Assembly (NCBI GenBank): GCA_026982075.1
Contig: JALSHU010000089.1
Span: 1-45,772, forward strand
Source of the DNA: Sulfurovum sp.
GTDB taxonomy: Bacteria; Campylobacterota; Campylobacteria; Campylobacterales; Sulfurovaceae
Direction of reading: 5' to 3'
Length of the DNA: 45,772 nt
Shown here: positions 38,743-45,772 of the stretch, piece by piece
How positions within the stretch are numbered: the first letter of the stretch is position 1
Layout: every line of letters begins with the position of its first letter
Made by a program: the position numbers and the translations under genes
Notes under the pieces: model-generated
What the model was told of the DNA's origin: nothing
Databases searched by the model: none
Seen by the model: the letters and a program-made list of their open reading frames with translations, nothing else

Positions 38743-39612
38743 CTATCCAAGGACTTCTTTTACTGCTTTACCTATTTCAGCTGGCGACACTACTACTTTC
38801 ACGCCTGCAGCTTCCAATGCTTCCATTTTTTCTTTTGCTGTTCCAGCACTACCACTTACGATAGCTCCTGCGTGACCCATTGTTTTGCCTTTAGGTGCAG
38901 TTTGACCTGCAATAAACGCAACTACAGGCTTAGTGATTTGTTCTTTGATAAGCTTAGCCGCTTGAATCTCAAGATCCCCACCAATTTCACCAATCATCAC
39001 GATACACTCTGTATCAGGGTCAGCTTCAAACATAGGTAAAAGTTGGTTATATGAAAGCCCGATAATTGGATCTCCACCGATACCAACTGCTGTCGTAATT
39101 CCATACCCTGCTTGAACCACTTGGTTTGTACCTTCGTATGTTAATGTACCAGACTTAGAGATAAGACCAACATTACCTTTTTTGAATATCATGCCAGGCA
39201 TAATACCTATCTTACACTCTTCAGCCGTAATAACACCAGGACAGTTTGGTCCTAATGTTTTCATACCGTGCTTTGTAGCATGGGCTTTAGCCATTTGCAT
39301 ATCTTTCACTGGAGCACCTTCTGTAATGATAACTGCCAGTTCGATTCCTGCTTCAGCAGCTTCCATAACAGCATCACCCACAAATGCAGGTGGAACAAAA
39401 ATCATAGAAACTGTAGCTCCTGTAGTCTTCACCGCATCAGATACTGTATTGAAAACTGGTTTACCTAAGTGTGTCTGCCCACCTTTGTTTGGAGTTACAC
39501 CACCCACAATGTTAGTACCATAGTCTATACATTGCTCAGCATGAAAAGAACCTTCTTTTCCTGTAAAACCTTGAACGATTATTTTTGTATCTTTATTTAC
39601 TAAAATTGACAT
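38743..39612 (-). CDS. sucD: Succinyl-CoA synthetase alpha subunit
   Basis: [27 protein letters not shown] (phospho-His). Confidence 0.98.
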   Translation of the reverse strand: MSILVNKDTKIIVQGFTGKEGSFHAEQCIDYGTNIVGGVTPNKGGQTHLGKPVFNTVSDAVKTTGATVSMIFVPPAFVGDAVMEAAEAGIELAVIITEGAPVKDMQMAKAHATKHGMKTLGPNCPGVITAEECKIGIMPGMIFKKGNVGLISKSGTLTYEGTNQVVQAGYGITTAVGIGGDPIIGLSYNQLLPMFEADPDTECIVMIGEIGGDLEIQAAKLIKEQITKPVVAFIAGQTAPKGKTMGHAGAIVSGSAGTAKEKMEALEAAGVKVVVSPAEIGKAVKEVLG

Positions 39613-39615
39613 TGA

Positions 39616-40788
39616 TTATTCTCCTTTTGCCGCAGCTACAGCTTTTGCTGCACCGTCACCTAAATCACTAGCAACAATCAAATTAGAAATGTTTGCATTG
39701 TTAAGAATCTCAGATGCTTCTGGAGCATTGGTTCCATCTAAACGAACAATAACAGGTACATTCACATCTGTTATTTTAGTCGCCTCAATAATACCATTTG
39801 CAATACGATCACATCGAACAATACCACCAAAAATATTTACAAAAATTGCTTTTACTTTAGGGTTTTTAAGAATAATCTCAAAACCTTTGGCTACTGTCTC
39901 AGCATTTGCCGAACCACCAACATCAAGGAAGTTTGCAGGTGTTCCACCCATATAGTTAATCGTATCCATAGTACCCATCGCAAGACCTGCACCATTTACC
40001 ATACAACCAATTTCCCCATCAAGTGCTACATAAGAAAGCCCATATTCTGCAGCTTCTACTTCATCTGGGTCTTCTTCTGTTAAATCACGCATAGCAGCAA
40101 TTTCTGGCTGACGGCCAAGAGCAGAGTTATCAAAGCCCATTTTCCCATCAAGTGCAATAAATTCACCCGAACCTGTACGTACAAGTGGATTAATTTCAAT
40201 CATCTCTGCATCATTTTCCATATAAAGCTTGAAAAGTTTTTGCGCAAATGAAATAATATTCTTTTGTTCACCTTTATCAGAAATACCAAGACCAAAAGCC
40301 AATTCACGACCATGGAAACCTTGAAAACCAATCGCAGGATCTACTGGTACTGTGATGATTTTTTCTGGTGTATTTTCTGCAACATCTTCAATGTTCATAC
40401 CACCCTCAGTAGAAGCCATGATTAAAGGCATTTCTAGCTTTCTGTCGAGAACCACTGAAAGATAAAACTCATCTTTAATGTCAGCACCATCTTCAATATA
40501 AAGCTTTTGAACCAGTTTACCTTCAGGCCCAGTCTGATGCGTCACCAATGTCATACCAAGAATTTCATCTGCTAATTCTCTTACTTCATCTAAAGACTTA
40601 GCAAGTTTCACACCACCACCTAAACCACGGCCACCAGCATGTATCTGAGCTTTTACAACCCAGATTGGGCCACCTAGCTCTTTAGCAGCTTCAACTGCCG
40701 CATCAACACTCTCTACCATTATCCCTTTTGGTGTCGGAACACCATACTTTTGGAATATTTGTTTCGCTTGATACTCATGAATATTCAC
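39616..40788 (-). CDS. sucC: Succinyl-CoA synthetase beta subunit
   Basis: MNIHEYQAK, KAQIHAGGRG, NGAGLAM, NFLDVGG, NIFGGIVRCD; GTG start after AAGGAG. Confidence 0.98.
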   Translation of the reverse strand: MNIHEYQAKQIFQKYGVPTPKGIMVESVDAAVEAAKELGGPIWVVKAQIHAGGRGLGGGVKLAKSLDEVRELADEILGMTLVTHQTGPEGKLVQKLYIEDGADIKDEFYLSVVLDRKLEMPLIMASTEGGMNIEDVAENTPEKIITVPVDPAIGFQGFHGRELAFGLGISDKGEQKNIISFAQKLFKLYMENDAEMIEINPLVRTGSGEFIALDGKMGFDNSALGRQPEIAAMRDLTEEDPDEVEAAEYGLSYVALDGEIGCMVNGAGLAMGTMDTINYMGGTPANFLDVGGSANAETVAKGFEIILKNPKVKAIFVNIFGGIVRCDRIANGIIEATKITDVNVPVIVRLDGTNAPEASEILNNANISNLIVASDLGDGAAKAVAAAKGE

Positions 40789-40871
40789 GTGTACTCCTTT
40801 TTATATAGTGCATTTATTATAAGAAGTTTAGATGATATGTTTAATTAATAAGGGAGGGGTTAAGCGTGTTT

Positions 40872-40910
40872 TGTATCTATGTGTTGTGTATTTACACAAC
40901 ACATGATACA
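40872..40910. terminator. Long hairpin downstream of fumC
   Basis: TGTATC-T-ATGTGTTGTGTA-TT-TACACAACACAT-GATACA, about 18 paired bases. Confidence 0.6.
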
Positions 40911-40927
40911 CTTGGGTGTTATACTAT

Positions 40928-42325
40928 TTAAAATTTTGCTGCAATCATCTCTTCAGGTTTTACATTTTTGTCAAATTCTTCAGCAGTCATAAAACCAAGT
41001 GCAACTGCCTCTTCTTTGAGTGTTGTACCATTCTTATGTGCTGTTTTTGCAATAGTCGCTGCATTCTCATATCCAATATGAGGGTTAAGTGCTGTAACAA
41101 GCATCAATGAATCATTTAAGAACTTATCAATATTATCTCTAATTGGTTCTATACCTTGGGCACAGTTTTTATCAAATGAATTCATAGAATCAGAAAGTAA
41201 TTTGATAGACTGAAGAATATTATAGGCAATCACTGGTTTAAAGACATTCAATTCAAAATTACCTTGGGACGCGGCAATTCCTACAGTAGTATCATTACCC
41301 ATCACCTGTACCGCTACCATCGTTATCGCTTCAGCTTGCGTGGGATTAACTTTACCTGGCATGATAGAAGAACCTGGCTCATTCGCAGGGATTTCTATCT
41401 CCCCTAAACCACATCGTGGTCCTGATGCTAACCATCTGATATCATTGGCTATTTTCATAAGGTTTGCTGCGAGTGCTTTAAGTGCTCCAGAAAGTACAAC
41501 TTCAGCATCATGTCCTGTGAGTGCATGGAATTTATTGGGTTGAGAGATAAATCCATAATCTTTTTCCATAAAACTATTGAGTTTCTCAGCCACTTTTTCT
41601 GAAAATTCAGGATGTGAATTAAGACCGGTACCCACAGCTGTACCACCAATTGCAATTTCTCTACAATAAACCAAAGCATCATTAATTTGTTTAAGGTTTG
41701 TCTCTAACATAGCAACATATCCAGAAAGCTCTTGTCCAAGGGTGAGTGGCGTAGCATCTTGTAAATGTGTTCTACCAATTTTCACTACATCAGAAAATGC
41801 TTTTGATTTTGCATCTAGTGTATTTTTCAGTTGATTTAATGCAGGAATAAGGTTATCCGTCACGGTTACCACTTCAGCGATTCTCATCCCTGTTGGATAA
41901 GTATCATTAGAACTTTGTCCCTTGTTTACATCATCATTTGGATGTACAAGATTTTCTTTGGTGAAATCTCCACCTAAAATCTCTGTTGCTTTATTCGCAA
42001 CGACTTCATTCATATTCATATTGGATTGTGTCCCTGAACCTGTTTGCCAGACAACCAATGGAAAATTATCATCCAGTTCTCCTGAGAGAACTGTTTCACA
42101 AGCTTTAGAGATAGCAGATGTTTTATCATTTTCTAAACGACCAAGATCTTGATTGACCAATGCACATGCTTTCTTTAGGTTTGCAAATCCATATACAACC
42201 TCCAAAGGCATTTTCTCATTCCCAATCTCAAAATTATGAATCGACCTTTGTGTTTGTGCAGCCCAATACTTGTCTGCAGGAACCTGCATCTCGCCCATGG
42301 TATCTTTTTCTATTCTAAAGCTCAT
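40928..42325 (-). CDS. fumC: Class II fumarate hydratase
   Basis: [38 protein letters not shown]. Start at MSFRIEK (42325) after AAGGA, not 42415. Confidence 0.97.
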   Translation of the reverse strand: MSFRIEKDTMGEMQVPADKYWAAQTQRSIHNFEIGNEKMPLEVVYGFANLKKACALVNQDLGRLENDKTSAISKACETVLSGELDDNFPLVVWQTGSGTQSNMNMNEVVANKATEILGGDFTKENLVHPNDDVNKGQSSNDTYPTGMRIAEVVTVTDNLIPALNQLKNTLDAKSKAFSDVVKIGRTHLQDATPLTLGQELSGYVAMLETNLKQINDALVYCREIAIGGTAVGTGLNSHPEFSEKVAEKLNSFMEKDYGFISQPNKFHALTGHDAEVVLSGALKALAANLMKIANDIRWLASGPRCGLGEIEIPANEPGSSIMPGKVNPTQAEAITMVAVQVMGNDTTVGIAASQGNFELNVFKPVIAYNILQSIKLLSDSMNSFDKNCAQGIEPIRDNIDKFLNDSLMLVTALNPHIGYENAATIAKTAHKNGTTLKEEAVALGFMTAEEFDKNVKPEEMIAAKF

Positions 42326-42403
42326 TATTATTTCCTTTATAAATGTTGTATATATTTTACAAGGATTAGTGTTAAGAGGATATAAACAGATGCGTGAGAA
42401 TTC

Positions 42404-42427
42404 TAATCCCCACATATATGGGAATTA
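42404..42427 (-). terminator. Hairpin downstream of mdh
   Basis: Minus strand TAATTCCCA-TATATG-TGGGGATTA. Confidence 0.5.
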
Positions 42428-42449
42428 TAGTAATACATTACAAATAAGG

Positions 42450-43403
42450 TTAGTTATCAAAAAACTTTTGCTTTTCTAATGTATCAACCATTTCTTGTAC
42501 AGATGCTACAGAATTTTTAAAACGTTTCACTTGTAGTGGCTTTAGTGCCATCTCTATCACTTTTTCAGCACCTCCTGCACCAATCATAACTGGTACTCCA
42601 GAAACAATATCTGAATAACCATAATCATTCTGAAGCATAATCGCACATGAATGAATCTGGTTGGTGTCTTTTAAGATAGCTTCTACCATCACAAGTGTAG
42701 ATTTTGCTGGTGCATAATATGCAGAACCATCCCCCAAAAGATTCACAATCTCAGCACCACCATTTCTCGTTTTTTGCACAATCTCACCAATCTCTTCCGA
42801 ATCTAAAAGATCTTCTATCGGTACACCAGCCACTGTTGTAAACTTTGGCAAAGGTACCATAGTATCACCATGACCACCCATAACTGTAGCACGGATTTGA
42901 CCTGCACCGTATTCGAGTTTTTCAAAAATAAAATGTGCCATTCTCGCAGAATCAAGTATACCTGCCATACCCAAAACTCTTTCTCTTGGGAATCCTGTCT
43001 CTCTAAGTACTACATATGTCATTACATCTAAGGGATTTGACACCACCACTACAATGGCTTCAGGCGCATGTTCTTTGATCTCTCTTGCATACATTTTCAC
43101 TATTTCAGCATTTTTGATGAGTAAATCATCTCTACTCATTCCTGGAGTCCTTGGTGCCCCTGCTGTAATAACTACAAGATCTGAATCTGCCATTGACTCA
43201 GGACCTTTCCCCGCTTTTACTACAGTATGTTGTCTGGCAGCATTAGCAGCTTGCGACATATCAAGCGCTTTACCTTTTGCAACATCATAATTCCTACCAC
43301 GTAAAACAATATTATGGCACGTACCATTCATCGCCAATATAAATGCTACAGTAGAACCAAAGTTTCCTGTACCTATCACCGTTACTTTTTTACCTTTTGC
43401 CAT
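42450..43403 (-). CDS. mdh: Malate dehydrogenase (LDH-like)
   Basis: VIGTGNFG, TAGAPRTPGMSRDDL, SNPLD, LDSAR, GGHGD. Confidence 0.95.
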   Translation of the reverse strand: MAKGKKVTVIGTGNFGSTVAFILAMNGTCHNIVLRGRNYDVAKGKALDMSQAANAARQHTVVKAGKGPESMADSDLVVITAGAPRTPGMSRDDLLIKNAEIVKMYAREIKEHAPEAIVVVVSNPLDVMTYVVLRETGFPRERVLGMAGILDSARMAHFIFEKLEYGAGQIRATVMGGHGDTMVPLPKFTTVAGVPIEDLLDSEEIGEIVQKTRNGGAEIVNLLGDGSAYYAPAKSTLVMVEAILKDTNQIHSCAIMLQNDYGYSDIVSGVPVMIGAGGAEKVIEMALKPLQVKRFKNSVASVQEMVDTLEKQKFFDN

Positions 43404-43592
43404 TGTTATCCTTTTTTATCCGTATACATCTGCACTAAAAGTGAAACTTCTAGTTCAAAATATTAAATTTTTATATTTTTAGGATCACTTTTAAACAAAA
43501 CATAATTCATAACTTTGACTATCAATAATGTTTTGTAATGTTATAGAAGTTAAATCCTACGTCTATAATACTTAAATTTTATAAGAGAAGGA

Positions 43593-43618
43593 TTACACAG
43601 AGCAAAAGCTCTATGTAA
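43593..43618 (-). terminator. Hairpin/terminator downstream of icd
   Basis: Minus strand TTACATAGAGC-TTTT-GCTCTGTGTAA followed by a pyrimidine-rich run. Confidence 0.6.
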
Positions 43619-43637
43619 AAGTAGTTTTATTGATTAA

Positions 43638-45772
43638 TTAAACTGCATCAATAATTGCATTTAAAGTCGCAGAAGGTCTCATTGCCTTAGATGCCAACTC
43701 GTCATTTGGATGGAAGTACCCACCAATATCTTGTGGCTTACCTTCAACAGCTAAAAGTTCTTCAATGATTTTGTCTTCATTGTCCTTAAGTGCTTTAGCA
43801 ACAGGTGCAAACTTCTCAGCCAATTTAGGGCTTGAACCATTTGCAAGTGCTTCTGCCCAGTACTGTGCTACGAAAAAGTGAGATGCTTTGTTATCTGGTT
43901 GACCCACTTTTCTACCTGGCTCTTTTGAATTGTCAAGGTAAGCATTGTTAGCCGCATCAAGTGCTTCTGTAAGTGCTTTAAGATCAGCATCGTCATGTTT
44001 ATTACCGATGAATCTGAGTGACTCAGCCAATGCCAAGATCTCACCAAGTGAATCCCATCTTAAGTGACCCTCAGCTAAGAATTGATCAACATGCTTAGGA
44101 GCAGAACCACCAGCACCAGTTTCATACAAACCACCACCTGCAAGTAAAGGTACGATAGAAAGCATTTTAGCTGATGTGCCAAGCTCTAAGATCGGGTACA
44201 TATCTGTAAGGTGATCTCTAAGAACGTTACCAGTTACAGCAATAGTATTTTCGCCTCTTCTAATTCTCTCATTTGTAAATCTAGTAGCATCTGTTACTTT
44301 CATGAATTGGATATCAAGTCCAGATGTATCGTGGTCTTTTAAGTAAACATCTACTTTTTTCTTAACTTCCGCATCGTGAGCTCTGTTTTCATCTAACCAG
44401 AATACTGCTGGAATATTTTCAATTCTTGTTCTTTCAACTGTAAGTCTTACCCAATCTTTGATAGGGATATCTTTCGTTCTTGACATTCTCCAGATATCGC
44501 CAGCTTCACACTCATGGCTCATAAGTACTGTACCATCTTCAGATGTAACTGTTACTGTACCAGCTTCTGCAAGTTCAAATGTTGTTGGGTGAGAACCATA
44601 CTCTTCTGCTTTTTGAGCCATAAGACCAATGTTTTGCATAGTACCCATTGTGGTTACATCATATTGACCATTCTTCACACAATCCGCTACCATTTCTTGG
44701 TGGAACATTGCATATGTAGAATCAGGAATAACTGCTACACACTCAACTGCTGCACCTGTTCTGTCCCATTGTTTACCACCTTCACGAACAACCACTGGCA
44801 TAGAAGCATCAATAATAACATCGTTAGATGCATTAAAGTTTGTTGTACCTTTGTCAGAATCAACCATTGCAAGTGCTGGAGAGTCAGACTCTAGTGCTGC
44901 CAAGAAATCTGCTTTGATCTCAGCTTCTTTTGCGTGACCTTCGATCTTTTTCTCTAAGTCAGACATACCTTGATTAGGATTTACATTTAATTGGGCAAAT
45001 GTATCTGCATGTTTAGCGAATACATCTTTAAAAAATACTTTAAAAGCATGACCAAACATAATAGGATCAGAGATCTTCATCATTGTTGCTTTAAGGTGTA
45101 GTGACCATAAAACATCATTTGCTTTTGCATCTTCAATTGTTTTTGCATAGAAATCGTTAAGCGCGGAAACTGACATGAATGTACCATCAAGGATTTCACC
45201 TGCGATAGCATCAATAGTTGTTAATTCTTTACCATTTAAAGCGATCGTCACTTTTTGGTCTTTGTCTAAAGTAACAGACTTTTCATTTGCAAAGAAATCG
45301 CCTTTACCTTCCATGTGAGCTACATAAGACTTTGGGTTCTCAGGAAAATCTTTTAGTCTATGTGGGTTTTTTTGTGCAAATCTCTTAACAGCTTTGGCTG
45401 CTCTTCTGTCTGAGTTACCTTCTCTAAGTACAGGGTTAACTGCGGAACCAAGACAAACACTGTATTTAGCTTGGATAGCTTCTTCTTCAGGAGAAGCTGG
45501 ATTTTCAGGATAATCAGGGATGTCATATCCTTGACCTTGAAGCTCTGCGATACAATCTTTAAGCTGACCTACTGATGCTGAAATGTTCGGGAGTTTAATG
45601 ATGTTCCCATCAGGCTGAAGTACTACTTCTCCTAGTTTAGAAAGTTCATCTTCTGCAAGACCCATCGCTGCAAGTACTCTACCTGCAAGAGAGATATCTT
45701 TTTCTACTACTTCAACACCTGCTGCTTGCGTGAAAGCATTTACGATTGGTAACAATGAGTATGTAGCTAATG
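43638..45772 (-). CDS. icd: Monomeric NADP-dependent isocitrate dehydrogenase (5'-truncated by window edge)
   Basis: IIKLPNISAS, GSAVNPVLREGNSDRRA, HLKATMMK, ETGAGGSAPKH; the frame stays open to the window end. Confidence 0.96.
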   Translation of the reverse strand, partial: LATYSLLPIVNAFTQAAGVEVVEKDISLAGRVLAAMGLAEDELSKLGEVVLQPDGNIIKLPNISASVGQLKDCIAELQGQGYDIPDYPENPASPEEEAIQAKYSVCLGSAVNPVLREGNSDRRAAKAVKRFAQKNPHRLKDFPENPKSYVAHMEGKGDFFANEKSVTLDKDQKVTIALNGKELTTIDAIAGEILDGTFMSVSALNDFYAKTIEDAKANDVLWSLHLKATMMKISDPIMFGHAFKVFFKDVFAKHADTFAQLNVNPNQGMSDLEKKIEGHAKEAEIKADFLAALESDSPALAMVDSDKGTTNFNASNDVIIDASMPVVVREGGKQWDRTGAAVECVAVIPDSTYAMFHQEMVADCVKNGQYDVTTMGTMQNIGLMAQKAEEYGSHPTTFELAEAGTVTVTSEDGTVLMSHECEAGDIWRMSRTKDIPIKDWVRLTVERTRIENIPAVFWLDENRAHDAEVKKKVDVYLKDHDTSGLDIQFMKVTDATRFTNERIRRGENTIAVTGNVLRDHLTDMYPILELGTSAKMLSIVPLLAGGGLYETGAGGSAPKHVDQFLAEGHLRWDSLGEILALAESLRFIGNKHDDADLKALTEALDAANNAYLDNSKEPGRKVGQPDNKASHFFVAQYWAEALANGSSPKLAEKFAPVAKALKDNEDKIIEELLAVEGKPQDIGGYFHPNDELASKAMRPSATLNAIIDAV

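Noticed and set aside
42326-42415. 30-aa N-terminal extension of FumC
   Set aside because: It spans the mdh hairpin and spacer; the canonical MSFRIEKD start has an AAGGA RBS.
1-45772. Mobile elements, prophage, CRISPR arrays, defence systems, tRNA/rRNA
   Set aside because: No transposase, integrase, phage or cas motifs, no regularly spaced repeats and no tRNA-like cloverleaf were seen by eye; the intergenic hairpins differ from each other, so they are not a REP/MITE family.

Overview
AT-rich, gene-dense core-chromosome window from a free-living Campylobacterota bacterium, most likely Sulfurovum/Sulfurovaceae-like. This assignment is inferred from gene order, the HsrA-like regulator, the UPF0323/Gsp pair and gnTAnaAT-type -10 promoters. 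Contents are mostly housekeeping: ppiD-like–ftsA–ftsZ, apaH, prmC, an ABC-F ATPase, thrC, argB/argD, lpxK, cmoB, rny, ftsY, radA, acpS, the RNase P RNA, glutaminase and an icd–mdh–fumC–sucCD cluster. I see no mobile element, prophage, CRISPR array, tRNA or rRNA. The best leads are: (1) a complete GEMM-I/c-di-GMP-I riboswitch with no obvious cognate ORF between argB and thrC; (2) a 59-aa membrane-anchored peptide missed by the ORF track, with its own promoter and RBS and a KC-xx-GKC-xx-GKC tail resembling metal-binding RiPP precursors; (3) a lipoprotein with a duplicated KKGGFFG(G) tail translationally coupled to a glutathionylspermidine-synthetase-like ligase; (4) a 16-bp spacer serving as an RBS on one strand and a leaderless promoter on the other; (5) a HlyD–molybdoenzyme–argD–TolC–MidA operon with no inner-membrane pump. 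All family calls come from motif recognition by eye; no database searches were run.
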